A DNA stretch of 64,000 bases from positions 22,196,001 to 22,260,000 of the forward strand of contig OZ024748.1 in the NCBI GenBank assembly GCA_964016885.1. Reading direction: 5' to 3'. The position numbers and the translations under genes are program-made. Of the stretch, positions 13,940 through 28,150 are shown piece by piece; position 1 is the first letter of the stretch; each line of letters starts with the position of its first letter. The notes beneath the pieces are model-generated. The model made no database searches and had not been told where the DNA came from. It saw only the letters and a program-made list of their open reading frames with translations. The stretch is from Eledone cirrhosa. Lineage: Eukaryota.

Positions 13940-14411
13940 CGTGGAAAAATAATATTTATAATGCAGGGTTCATTACGTTTTGATTATAATACTTATAATG
14001 ATAGGTTGAAAAATTAGATTAAAATTAAATTAAAATTAAAAATTAGAAATCAAAATTAAAGATTAAAATTTGCCTTAATATTAAAGATTTCATTTAATAA
14101 TGTAATATTAATAATTAGTTTAAATGTGTATGTTAAGGATTATAAATTATTTAAGTAAATATATAGTATTTTACATTAGAGCAAATCTAGTATAGTTTAT
14201 TTTATTAAAAGTTGTAAGTCAAAATTTAAACATCCAAATAATTCTAAATTTATGAAAAATTTACGAGAGTTTTCAATGGAATAACCACTTAATTATATTA
14301 TAAAAACAGTAAGAAAGTGTAAAGGAAGTTAGAAGTGATTTTTTAAGATCTCAGATGACTCCAAGGAAAATTTTTAAACTTGTTGAATCCCAACAAATTA
14401 AATATAACCTC

Positions 14412-14975
<564 letters not shown>

Positions 14976-15039
14976 ATCTTTCTTAGAAATGGCAACATGA
15001 AGGACCTGCCCCCCCTCCCGACCCCCCCGAAGTTTTTCG

Positions 15040-15170
15040 TTTCCGCCTCTGCCCGCCTCTGTTTGCCTTTAATTTCTCATTCTATTTTCTGATGAAGGAC
15101 TAGCGTAACACTAATAATACATTTCTTCATTGTTCTGTGTCGTTTGCTTTGTTCTTTCAGTTTGCCTTTT

Positions 15171-15171
<1 letters not shown>
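15040..15171 (+). mobile_element. Family J element with hammerhead 5' half (internally deleted), ending in (CA)n
   Basis: ttttCTGATGAaggactagcgt; tail tttcttcattgt.ctgtgtcgtttg shared with 51130-51180. Confidence 0.55.
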
Positions 15172-15268
<97 letters not shown>

Positions 15269-15978
15269 ATGTGTGACGTATAGGTCAATACCATTCACGT
15301 ACTACTCAGTACCTTGCTGGACGATTAATTCCACTAGTAATTTGTTGTAGATAGACAAATAGATACCCCTTTAGAAGAACGGTTGATTATCCGCGGACAG
15401 ATAAAAAGCTCACGCTTAGTCAAATGAGTCTCAGTGAGCTCCCTTGCCAACACCATGTTGTTGCCGAGCGCAGACACTCGATCACCATACGAGACCGACT
15501 ATCAAGATCCCCACATTCAAAAGGGCCAAGCAACCAAGCTTCCTAGTTAGCCAGATTACGGAAGCATCTTATATAACAATCGTGTTAAAAATCTTGTGGT
15601 GTTAGGCGGGAGGTCCTGCTCATATGCAACTGAAAGAAGTGTCGCCATCAATTCTTGAGATGTACAAGCCCTCAGACCTTTATATCAATATCTATGACGT
15701 TCTCTTGCCAACTGCTGTGTTGATTGAACTAGCAGGAATAAATAACTGAATGTTACACACGCGTATAACATTACACAATATAAGATTAAGTAAAGTACGT
15801 ATATAAGTAACAAGATACTGCTTTAAAAGTTGCCATTGATGTAAAATAGACAAATGTCGGCCATACTCTGTTCAGGGAAGCTCATGTGTCTTCATAAGGT
15901 TGTGACACTCATGCGCACTCACATACACACACGTTTACAAACACACACACACACACACACACATACACAAACATGCAA

Positions 15979-16021
<43 letters not shown>

Positions 16022-16578
16022 AACATATACACAAACATACAACTACACACATATATAATATACAAACATATAACCAACATACAAATACAGACACATATAC
16101 AAACATACAAATACACATACATATACACAAACAGGCAAATGCACACACACACATATATATATATATACAAACATATACCAACATACAAATACATACACAC
16201 ATTTACAAACATACAATTGCACACATATATACAAACATACAAATACACATATATAAATACACACACATATACAAACATACAAATACGCACGCATACAAAC
16301 ATACAATCACACATATAAATGTATGTTTAATTTTTTAGTTATAGTTCAAATTTATAGATCTAGTTTCTTAGCTTTATAATATACATCGGTTGTAGTTACT
16401 GAGAATAAAATATAGTGGCTTTACTATATGCTATTGTGAGTAGATGACGTGTTTTTAGCTTCAGAGTATGTGTATGGGCCCTGCAACTTATGGTAGAATC
16501 GTAGAGGCGTTGTAGTGACATACAACTCTCCTTGGACATTTAAAACCTGGCGTAGCCCATCCCTCTCCAGACCAGAAC

Positions 16579-16726
<148 letters not shown>

Positions 16727-16790
16727 AAATATATATATATATATATATAGAGAGAGAAAGATAAATATATATATATATATAACCAATTTC

Positions 16791-17140
16791 TTTTCAAAAG
16801 ATGGCTCTGAACATTAATCAGTATACACTGAGGATGAAAAACTCAGAGCTGTATGGGAGCATCCCAAAAGTCAGCTCAAAAGTGGCACAGAGGAGACTGA
16901 GGTTAGCTGGACATGCTCACCGACATCCAGAGTTGACATTGCACTCAGTGCTCCTTTGGGAGCCCCTACATGGACACACTAGAAGAGGAAGACCAAGGTT
17001 AACGTATGTTGATGCCCTAAGGACAGACACTGGTCTATTGGAGACGCAGGACATGGCAGCGATAATGAGGGACAGAGACCGCTGGAGAGAACTCGTCCAT
17101 GGATCTCGGGAATTTTACCCGCCTTAGAATAGAGAAAAAT
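16791..17140 (+). mobile_element. RTE/RTE-X clade LINE 3' fragment (RT C-terminus)
   Basis: ORF 16801-17127 LYGSIPKVSSKVAQRRLRLAGHAHRH..LLWEPLHG..RGRPRLTYVDAL..DRDRWRELV is the typical RTE-clade C-terminal motif set. Confidence 0.85.
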
Positions 17141-17150
17141 AGAATATATA

Positions 17151-17365
17151 TAACGAAGGAAGTGTGGTAAGGAACCAGGTGGACCATAACGCACCAGAGT
17201 ACTCAGTACTTAGGGTAGTAGAGTGGGTAATAGGAAAATGTTCAAGACTCTGACGGCAGAGCTTAAGTCGTTTCGACGGCTATTTCTGGACTCATATATA
17301 TAGCCGTCAGAAATAGACGCCGAAACGGCTTGAGCTCTGCCGTCGGGGTCTTGAACATTTTCCTA
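17151..17365. mobile_element. Fold-back mini-element, family A
   Basis: Same tail and outer ends as 14454-14658; both arms share the copy-specific variant aaaatgttcaagac/gtcttgaacatttt. Confidence 0.85.
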
Positions 17366-17381
17366 TATATATATATATATA

Positions 17382-17526
17382 TACGAAAAGATTCAGGACC
17401 CCGACGGCTGAGCTCCGGCCTTTTCGACAGCTAGATCCGAACTACCCACTCTACAACCCTAAATATCGAGTACTCTGGTGCGATATGGTCTACCTGGTAT
17501 CTTACCACACATTCTTTGTTCGTTTA
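17382..17526. mobile_element. Family A element with inverted, non-overlapping arms
   Basis: Inverted short arm (gaaaagattcaggaccccgacggc..) joined directly to the tail tacccactcta..cttaccaca. Confidence 0.75.
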
Positions 17527-17530
17527 TATA

Positions 17531-17634
17531 TTCTAAGGCGGGTAAAATTCCCGAGACCCATGGACGAGTTCTCTCCAGCGGTCTCTGTCCCTCATTATCG
17601 CTGCCATGTCCTGCGTCTCCAACAGACCAGTGTC

Positions 17635-17637
<3 letters not shown>
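17531..17637 (-). mobile_element. RTE LINE 3' stub (same family as 16791-17140)
   Basis: DTGLLETQDMAAIMRDRDRWRELVHGSREFYPP*; flanked by TA. Confidence 0.85.
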
Positions 17638-17712
<75 letters not shown>

Positions 17713-17716
<4 letters not shown>

Positions 17717-17935
17717 ATAATAATAAAATTGAAGACTAAAATCCAAAGAGAGCTCGATAAGGATAAATATATATCAAATATATATATCAAATCAAATATA
17801 TATATTCCTCTGGGTGCAACGTTTTTTGAAATATCCTGTTCTGCGTTTACAGATTGACTTTGTTAGTTTCAGAAGATCCCGTTAAGGGTGAAAGCAGCGA
17901 TTCTTTGCTTAAACTTTAATCTGTTATTTTAATAA

Positions 17936-17938
<3 letters not shown>
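17713..17938. mobile_element. Family C element (inverted tail plus forward hammerhead arm) in (TA)n
   Basis: Same two outer ends as 32957-33191 and 43760-43856. Confidence 0.8.
17849..17924 (+). ncRNA. Hammerhead-fold RNA with variant core CAGAAGA (U4A)
   Basis: acagattga..agttt CAGAAGA tccc-gttaa-gggt GAAA gca..tgc TT aaact-ttaatctgt; extended helix I with internal loop. Confidence 0.6.
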
Positions 17939-17976
<38 letters not shown>

Positions 17977-17998
17977 TAGAGAGAGAGTGAGAGAGAGT

Positions 17999-18061
<63 letters not shown>

Positions 18062-18519
18062 GTAGTGGAATGGTATTTTTTTATCGATCTCGAAGATTTG
18101 AACTTACGATGCTGAGAATCGGAACGAATTGAGCAAAACATTTCATCTGACGTTCTAACGACTGTCAATTCACTGCCCTAACTTTACAATATACAAACCT
18201 GATAGTTACATAGTAAACAACGTGTTGGCTCTGGTATATACGATAGTGAGTAGATCACACGATCGTTTTTAGTGATATGGTGTGACTCTGTAACCTTATG
18301 ATTAATTTATACTTTGACCTTCTAGCTAAAGTTGCTTTATAGCCTGGTCCCTTATAAGTTCTTCGGTATATAGTGTTACTTGTAATTTTATATAGCAACT
18401 GAGTATCAACTACACCGTCTTTACTAGTGCGAGCATGCTTAGAACAGGTACGCTGCGCTACCCCCTCATATCATGTAATCAACTACAACAACAATAACAG
18501 TAACAACAACCATAATAAT

Positions 18520-18985
18520 AATTGTTTCTACAATTGGCACAAGGTCAGCAATTATGACGAGGAGGAGGATCGATTGAGGGAAAGGGAAAGTCGATTAAAT
18601 CGACCACAGTGCGTTACAGGTGGTAATATTTTTATCAATCCAGAAGGACGAATGTCTAAATTGACATCTGTCGGATTTGAGCTCAGAACGTAAAGAGCGG
18701 GAAGAAATACTGCTAAGCATATATCGACATCCGGCGCTCTATCGACCCATATCATCATTATCGCAATAAGAATTTCTAATCTAGGCACAAAGCCAATAAT
18801 TTAGTGGAGGGTAAAGTTGGTGCAGTAGACCACAGTATATAACTGGTACTTATTTTATCGACTTTTGAAAGATGCAAAGTAAAATTGGCCACAGCTGGAT
18901 TTAAACTCAGAACGGAAAGGGTCGTAACAATATTCCACAAGAATCTTTGGTAAAATCTAGCGTTAGCCATTCTGCCAGTCCAAGC
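18520..18985 (-). mobile_element. Two diverged S1 SINEs
   Basis: ggcacaagg, cgattaaatcgacc, ggatttgagctcagaacg motifs, each present twice. Confidence 0.7.
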
Positions 18986-19010
18986 ACTAGACGTACATTT
19001 TTGGCATATG

Positions 19011-19074
<64 letters not shown>

Positions 19075-19079
<5 letters not shown>

Positions 19080-19423
19080 AAAAAGAGATGAAATCGAAAA
19101 TGCAACTGGAGTCTTATTTTTAAAAAAATATATATATAATTATTTGGTTCCTTTACCGGTTTCGCAGTTCTTCTGCTTTTCAAAAGGTGAGTTGAGATGG
19201 AGGGTCTGTGGTTTGTGAGAAAAACCACAGACCCTCCATCTCAACTCACCTTTTGAAAAGCAGAAGAACTGCGAAACCGGTAAAGGAACCAAATAAATAT
19301 ATATATTTAAAAAAAAAATAAGACTCCAGTTGCATTTTCGATTTCATCTCTTTTTCTTTATACTTTCACTCGTGTAGGACACCTCGGTTATTTTTCATTT
19401 TGTAAAAAAAACCTCACTTTCTA
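19075..19423. mobile_element. Fold-back hammerhead element, family B, in (TA)n
   Basis: About 140-bp inverted arms centred near 19216 plus 60-bp tail; near-identical to 62178-62533. Confidence 0.9.
19249..19286 (+). ncRNA. Minimal type I hammerhead, U3-A8 variant core (mirror 19150-19187, minus strand)
   Basis: cctt TTGAAAA gcag-aagaa-ctgc GAAA ccgg TA aagg; palindromic helix III ACCGGT. Confidence 0.75.
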
Positions 19424-19744
<321 letters not shown>

Positions 19745-19825
19745 CATATACATATGAATGGACCTCTAAATATATTTGTGTATGTATGTGCTTGGCATGT
19801 ACCTCCCTGCCAAACACACACATGA

Positions 19826-19912
<87 letters not shown>

Positions 19913-20264
19913 CATACACACATTCACACACACATACACACAGACAGACACACTTACACACAGACAGACATACATGTTTGTATATATGTATATGCACGAG
20001 CATATAGCAACTACATTGTGTCTGAGAGTACATTTATGTGTGTATATGTACAATTGATTTGTGATGAAATGAATTGCTTCAGGTAAGGGACAACTTCCAA
20101 AGTCATAAACATCGGGAAAGTTTTTGTTGTCTGAGGCCAACAAAACAGTTGCTTGAAACACCTCAACAACTAAAATCAATGACTACTATACAACATTCGG
20201 TTCAGAAACGATTAGAATCTGGTGAATGCATATGTTATTGTGTTGGTGAATTTATATATACATA

Positions 20265-20337
<73 letters not shown>

Positions 20338-20402
20338 GCGTGTGCGTGTGCGTGTGTGTGTGTGTACATATATGTATATATATATGTATATATATATATA
20401 TG

Positions 20403-20434
<32 letters not shown>

Positions 20435-20494
20435 AATATATGTATATATATATATTTATATATGTATATATATATTTATATATATATATATACA

Positions 20495-20548
<54 letters not shown>

Positions 20549-20965
20549 ATGCTGCTAATGTATGAAACATTGTGTGCGTGTGGGGTATGTGTGTGTGTAT
20601 GCGCGCGTATCTTTACTAACGCACACATACACATACACACACACGCACGTACACACTAATGCACACACACACACACCAACACACATATATATATATATGT
20701 TTGTGTGTGTGTCTTAGTAAAGATACGCGCACAGACTTACATACCCCCCATATATATATATGTGTGTGTGTGTCTGTGTGTGCGTGTGTATGTGTGTGTA
20801 TATATTTGTATGTGTGTGTGTGTGTGTATCACAGACACATGCAGACAAACGATCTCATATAAATGAAATGGAAATAAAACCTACATAGAATAAAACGAAC
20901 CAATGAAAGTATATTTATGTTCTATTATTTTTTGTCAGTCTCCACCTTTTGGGAAAGACCTCTTT

Positions 20966-21153
20966 GCGGTGGATTGGCAGTATCGGTAGAGGGTCAGACA
21001 CCATGCTTTCCAGCATAGTTACGTCCCTTTACGATCTGAGTTCAAATCCTGCCGAGGTTGACTTTGCCTTTCATCCTTACGGGGTCGATGAAATAAAGTA
21101 CCAGTAATGCACTAGGTAATTGCTGGCCTTGTGCCTAAAGTAGAAACAATTAT
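20966..21153 (+). mobile_element. Full-length S1 SINE
   Basis: gcggtggattggcagtatcggtag...gagttcaaatcc...tagaaacaattatt. Confidence 0.9.
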
Positions 21154-21324
21154 TGTTTTCTATCATGTGCTTATAAATACATATGCACACACACACACAC
21201 ACACATGTACACACAAACACACAAACACACACACGTACATATCTATATATTTTATATATCTATACCTATCTAAGATATCTTCTTCTTCGGCGGAGTTTAC
21301 ACTCGCAAATATCTAAGATATATA

Positions 21325-21365
<41 letters not shown>

Positions 21366-21478
21366 TTAGCATTCATACTAAATGCCATAGTAAAGAATCA
21401 TATTTTCATTAAGGCCAAGTTTGAGACTGGAGTTTCTTCTTATGTGTTTTCACACACACATGCACACGCACACACACA

Positions 21479-21536
<58 letters not shown>

Positions 21537-21544
21537 TGTGTGTA

Positions 21545-21685
21545 TTTTACCATCTACCCAGTTTGATTCACAAGGCATAGGTAGGCCTGAGGCTTTGGTA
21601 AATATCACTTACTCAAGATGCCGCGTGGTAGGATAGAACTCGAGACCTAATGATTGGGAAGCGAATTCCCTAACCATACTGCATC
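21545..21685 (-). mobile_element. tRNA-derived SINE, family S3 (related to 25585-25720)
   Basis: ggcatcttgagtaa..gcctacctatgccttgtgaatcaaactgggtag shared with 25625-25700. Confidence 0.6.
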
Positions 21686-21989
21686 AACACATTGATCATT
21701 GGCATGAAACGTAAACACTTCAGGGGTCAGATATATTCTGCTTCCCAGGGCACTGGTCACGAGTATACCCTTAAATGGAGATATTAAAAAAGACCCCCTT
21801 TCGGTTACGAATGACCATGGGATTTGCATCTAGAAAGTTCCCTTCCGTGGCACAATTTGTTTGTGGAAGACCAGCAGTTGCCCATGCATACCAGTCTCCG
21901 TTGCCCACGCCACCGGTGATGTGCAAGGGAAAGGCAAATGCCGATACAGCTTGGCTCCAGAGACGGCACAACTCATTTCGGCCCCTAAG

Positions 21990-22110
21990 TGAACTGGAGC
22001 AACATGAAATAAAGTGTCTTGCTCAAGAACACAACACAAAGCTCGGTCAGAGAATCGAACTCACAACTCACAAGGTTTGTAAGCCTGACGCTCTAACCAC
22101 TAAGTCTTCA
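21990..22110 (-). mobile_element. tRNA-derived SINE, family S2 (CORE-like central segment)
   Basis: Minus: agtggttagagcg..gagttcgattc..tgtgttcttgagcaagacactttatttca; also at 45230-45357, 52092-52352, 60660-60785. Confidence 0.7.
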
Positions 22111-23217
22111 CAGTGGAGATATTACAACAATAATATAAATACGCAATTGATATCAATATTTATGAAACAGATTTGTTTGTTCTTTATTGTCTCTATCATG
22201 AACAATAAAAAGGTAAAAACTTTTAAAGTTTACACAAAAGTTATGCTTCACGATCATTGAAAATCTTGCATGGTATCGTCAAATATAAAACATTGTTAAA
22301 ACTGTTTTTCTTTAGAAGCATTAAAAATATCTGTTTGATTCAGCTGCATCGCTCTGCACAAGTTTCCTACAAATATTGACTTAGTGTTGCTGAAACTAAA
22401 GAAAAGCCGCACCATTCTCTCGTCTGTCTGGAAATTTAGACAAGGTTTATTGCATTGACCTTGATCCTACTTCACTGATTAATTTGTAAAAAAGAAAAAA
22501 ATAATCAAATTCTAACAGGAGCGAAAATCAATTGTCTGTTTGTAATATGTCATTGATGGCGGCAAATTGGCAGAATCAGTAGAATGTTGAATAGAATATT
22601 TTGCGGTACATACCCAGGCTTTCTGAGCTCTGAGTTTAAATCCCGCTGAGTTCAAATTTACCTTTCATCGTTTCGAGATTGATAGAAAAAAATCAAAAAA
22701 AAATCGAACCCAATCCAGGACAAGGGTCGATTCTTTCTCTATATCGTTTTCTCACTTGACCCTCTCCCCTCCTTCTTTATTTTACTCACGAAGAAATCGA
22801 TTGTGTTCAGACATGGAAAGGTAATGGGCTCCACCAAGTTTAAAATGTCCAAGACAAGCTCCATGCCTCAAAGGCGTCTCTACTATTCCAACAGGAGTTA
22901 CCAGTTCATACAAACAATATGACATTACTACAATGTAGATATTTATATAAAGTCAAAACTGGATTCTGGTATGTCTGGGCTGTTCCTATTGACGTCAGCA
23001 TATTATAGTTGTATATTACAAATACATAGATAAATGCGTGTACAGTAAAAGTATTTATGTATACAGATGTCTAAAAGAAATACTGAAGAATGTACGTCTC
23101 CCCCTTTTACTATATTTAAATGTATATACTCCTGTATAGAGTCTATACTCATTCACATCATACACCTTATATAAGTCTAGACGGATACTGCTTATCTCAT
23201 GTATAAAAGTATGTTTG

Positions 23218-23268
<51 letters not shown>

Positions 23269-23435
23269 TTGTATATGTATATATATGTATATATCATATT
23301 GTGTATATATATATATGTATATATATATGTATATATGTATATAAGTGTGTTCTGTTATTAATTCTGGCAATATTACGCAAATATGACCCTCCCCAAGTAT
23401 AACAATATATATATATATGTATATTATATATTATG

Positions 23436-23466
<31 letters not shown>

Positions 23467-23519
23467 ATATGTATATATATATATATGTATATATGTATAT
23501 ATATATGTATATATATATG

Positions 23520-23609
<90 letters not shown>

Positions 23610-24004
23610 TATATAATTATATATACATGTATAGCTGTAAAAGCGTGTATGTGTGTTACGTTTGTACATATATGTGTATATATATGTATATATGTGTATA
23701 TAGGTGTGTATGTTTGTGTATTCTGTATATAAATGTACGTTTATCCGGTAATGTTGCGTATTTATGGATATGTCTGCATATACATTGATTATGTATGTAC
23801 ACATGTGAATAAATCTATACACGTATGTATATGTAACATATAGTAGCCTGTGTATACACGTATGTATATGTAACATATAGTAGCCTGTGTATACACGTGT
23901 GTGTATGGTAATTTGATTGTGTGAATCTATTTTGGAAAATCAGACGATCTCGTCAGATATCCTGGCCACCTAGTGAGATATATAGACACACATATATACA
24001 CACT

Positions 24005-24067
<63 letters not shown>

Positions 24068-24217
24068 ATAGACATGTGTGTATATATATATATGTGTAGG
24101 TATGTATGTACATACATGTATATATGTATATATATGTGTATATACATATATATATATATATGTGTGTGTGTGTGTATAGACATGTGTGTATATATATATA
24201 TGTGTAGGTATGTATGT

Positions 24218-24249
<32 letters not shown>

Positions 24250-24285
24250 GTATATACATATATATATATATATAGGTATGTATGT

Positions 24286-24323
<38 letters not shown>

Positions 24324-24388
24324 GTATGTATGTACATACATGTATATATAGATATGTATATATGTATATATGTATGTATGTATATACA

Positions 24389-24462
<74 letters not shown>

Positions 24463-24498
24463 ATATATATATGTATATACATATATATATATATATAA

Positions 24499-24537
<39 letters not shown>

Positions 24538-24596
24538 CATATATATATATATATATATAAGCATATATAAGCATATATATATATATATATATATAA

Positions 24597-24651
<55 letters not shown>

Positions 24652-24663
24652 CCTTTATATGTA

Positions 24664-24715
<52 letters not shown>

Positions 24716-25584
24716 ATGTGAGTGTATGTATGCACGCATACATACTTACACTTACACATTAACAAGACTATTGATTGTTGGAAATTTGTCAAAGGCCCAA
24801 AGAATATGTCGACAGGTAAAATATATAATTTTACAAATGAATCGTCTAGCAGATAGGAGTGGCATTTGAGTGAAATAGCTACTATAGTTGAATGATAGTT
24901 ACCTCTTCGGATAATATCGTATTTCAATATGGCCAGAAACTATTGCCACGCTAGCATTATCTCTGTCAAGGACCAGACTACCGCCTGTAAAGTAGTTGAA
25001 GAATCCATTGTAGCAGCCTGCATAAAAATCAATAGCAAGATCAGAGTAGGTGTTAACTCCTAGTTAAAGATAGGTGTTAGGTTTGTGGAAATAAGAAACG
25101 AGCGCGTAGTCGCTTTGATGGATGTTGGAGTTAAGGGCTGATACTGTATCCTTTTTTATTTTTATTTTATAATTTTTATTTCATTTATTTTTATTTTATT
25201 TATTTTGTTTTATTCATTTTATTTTATTTTTTTTATTTTATTTATTTATTTATTTTTTTATTTTTTATTTTATTTATTTTATTTTATTTTTTTAATGTCA
25301 TCATTAGAGAAGTAAAGTAACTCTCTTTACTTCAGCTTACCCGGCTGAAATATTAGAATATTAGTGTCGAGCGATATGTTGATATAAGATAGACTTATGT
25401 AGTATCCTGAAGCAGATCTGTTCCTCTACTATTCATCGTTACGGTAACTGGAGATATCTCAGCCTTTGTCAATTGGAAGACGATTAACGTAGATGATGAA
25501 CGTAAAGAAAGTGGAACCAATGCAGTAACTGTCATTGTGTTATCAAATGGCGCATTTTGTTGTGTAGTAAATTTGAAGTAATGG

Positions 25585-25830
25585 CTGAAGCAATCATGTG
25601 GTCCCTTGTTCGATCCCACTGAGTGGCATCTTGAGTAAATGTCATTTAACATAACCTCGGGTTGACCTATGCCTTGTGAGTAAAATTGGGTAGGCGGAAA
25701 CTGTTTCGAAGCCTGTCGGATAGTCTGTACCTGCAATTCAAAGGGACCAGCTTTGGTAAATACTCTGTTACGTTGAATCTCCCTGAGAATTACGTTAAGG
25801 GTACACGTATCTGTAGAATGTAGTCACTTG
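25585..25830 (+). mobile_element. S3 SINE
   Basis: gttcgatccc B box followed by ggcatcttgagtaaatg..gccttgtgagtaaaattgggtaggcggaaactg. Confidence 0.6.
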
Positions 25831-26116
25831 CACGTCATCATCATCACCTTATCCACTACCACTACCATCATCATCATCATCATCGTTCCTTTAATCATCA
25901 TCTTCGTTTTCGTTCCTATCATTAGCGTTTTCAACTTCATTCCCCTCGTTGCTCGAGTTTTTTTGTAGAGAAAATTCGATGGTAGCATCAACATAATCTT
26001 CAACTCCATTCTTATCCCCTTCTCCTCCTCCTCCTCCTCCTCCTCCTCCTCCTCGTCCCCAACACCCCTTTCCCTTCTCCACCTCCTTCTCACAACACTC
26101 AACGTTTCATGCAATT

Positions 26117-26215
26117 TGGGGCAATACTGTGGGCAATACTGTGGGCAATACTGGGGCAATACTGTGGGCAATACTGGGGCAATACTGTGGCCAATACTGG
26201 GGTAATACTGTGGGC
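26117..26215. repeat. 10-12-bp repeat (gggcaatact[gt])
   Basis: About 8 tandem units directly before the 48-bp array. Confidence 0.85.
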
Positions 26216-26242
26216 TGTTAGCTCACAACACCCAACGCTTTA

Positions 26243-28150
26243 TGTAAATCTTTGGAGAAATGTTGTGGGTTGCCAGCTCCAGCCAACGTAAATCTTTGGA
26301 GAAATGTTGTGGGTTGCCAGCTCACAACACCCAACGTAAATCTTTGGAGAAATGTTGTGGGTTGCCAGCTCACAACAGCCAACGTAAATCTTTGGAGAAA
26401 TGTTGTGGGTTGCCAGCTCACAACAGCCAACGTAAATCTTTGGAGAAATGTTGTGGGTTGCCAGCTCACAACAGCCAACGTAAATCTTTGGAGAAATGTT
26501 GTGGGTTGCCAGCTCACAACAGCCAACGTAAATCTTTGGAGAAATGTTGTGGGTTGCCAGCTCACAACAGCCAACGTAAATCTTTGGAGAAATGTTGTGG
26601 GTTGCCAGCTCACAACAGCCAACGTAAATCTTTGGAGAAATGTTGTGGGTTGCCAGCTCACAACAGCCAACGTAAATCTTTGGAGAAATGTTGTGGGTTG
26701 CCAGCTCACAACAGCCAACGTAAATCTTTGGAGAAATGTTGTGGGTTGCCAGCTCACAACACCCAACGTAAATCTTTGGAGAAATGTTGTGGGTTGCCAG
26801 CTCACAACAGCCAACGTAAATCTTTGGAGAAATGTTGTGGGTTGCCAGCTCACAACAGCCAACGTAAATCTTTGGAGAAATGTTGTGGGTTGCCAGCTCA
26901 CAACATCCAACGTAAATCTTTGGAGAAATGTTGTGGGTTGCCAGCTCACAACAGCCAACGTAAATCTTTGGAGAAATGTTGTGGGTTGCCAGCTCACAAC
27001 AGCCAACGTAAATCTTTGGAGAAATGTTGTGGGTTGCCAGCTCACAACAGCCAACGTAAATCTTTGGAGAAATGTTGTGGGTTGCCAGCTCACAACAGCC
27101 AACGTAAATCTTTGGAGAAATGTTGTGGGTTGCCAGCTCACAACAGCCAACGTAAATCTTTGGAGAAATGTTGTGGGTTGCCAGCTCACAACAGCCAACG
27201 TAAATCTTTGGAGAAATGTTGTGGGTTGCCAGCTCACAACAGCCAACGTAAATCTTTGGAGAAATGTTGTGGGTTGCCAGCTCACAACACCCAACGTAAA
27301 TCTTTGGAGAAATGTTGTGGGTTGCCAGCTCACAACACCCAATGCTTTATGTAAATCTTTGGAGAAATGTTGTGGGTTGCCAGCTCACAACACCCAACGT
27401 AAATCTTTGGAGAAATGTTGTGGGTTGCCAGCTCACAACACCCAATGCTTTATGTAAATCTTTGGAGAAATGTTGTGGGTTGCCAGCTCACAACACCCAA
27501 CGTAAATCTTTGGAGAAATGTTGTGGGTTGCCAGCTCACAACAGCCAACGTAAATCTTTGGAGAAATGTTGTGGGTTGCCAGCTCACAACACCCAACGTA
27601 AATCTTTGGAGAAATGTTGTGGGTTGCCAGCTCACAACAGCCAACGTAAATCTTTGGAGAAATGTTGTGGGTTGCCAGCTCACAACACCCAACGTAAATC
27701 TTTGGAGAAATGTTGTGGGTTGCCAGCTCACAACACCCAATGCTTTATGTAAATCTTTGGAGAAATGTTGTGGGTTGCCAGCTCACAACACCCAACGTAA
27801 ATCTTTGGAGAAATGTTGTGGGTTGCCAGCTCACAACACCCAATGCTTTATGTAAATCTTTGGAGAAATGTTGTGGGTTGCCAGCTCACAACACCCAACG
27901 TAAATCTTTGGAGAAATGTTGTGGGTTGCCAGCTCACAACAGCCAACGTAAATCTTTGGAGAAATGTTGTGGGTTGCCAGCTCACAACAGCCAACGTAAA
28001 TCTTTGGAGAAATGTTGTGGGTTGCCAGCTCACAACAGCCAACGTAAATCTTTGGAGAAATGTTGTGGGTTGCCAGCTCACAACAGCCAACGTAAATCTT
28101 TGGAGAAATGCTGTGGGTTGCCAGCTCACAACAGCCAACGTAAATCTTTG
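26243..28150. repeat. 48-bp minisatellite, about 39 highly homogeneous units
   Basis: Unit gtaaatctttggagaaatgttgtgggttgccagctcacaacagccaac; four 55-bp variants with a 7-bp insertion; no spacers. Confidence 0.97.

Noticed and set aside
13960-14415. Possible PLE GIY-YIG coding remnant upstream of the family D hammerhead
   Set aside because: AT-rich, with no open frame or GIY/YIG motif identifiable by eye.
19075-19423. Interpretation of fold-backs as classical MITEs
   Set aside because: Asymmetric tail beyond one arm, variable inner junctions, no transposase-type TIR ends, and embedded hammerheads favour a retro-mechanism; not formally excluded.
20966-21060. tRNA gene
   Set aside because: A and B boxes belong to a SINE head; no cloverleaf, and it is followed by SINE body.
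26218-27457. 364-401-aa ORFs
   Set aside because: By-product of a 48-bp unit lacking stops; open in several frames on both strands and broken by 7-bp insertions.
26243-28150. CRISPR-like array of palindromic repeats
   Set aside because: Units are contiguous with no unique spacers, there are no cas genes, and the context is eukaryotic.
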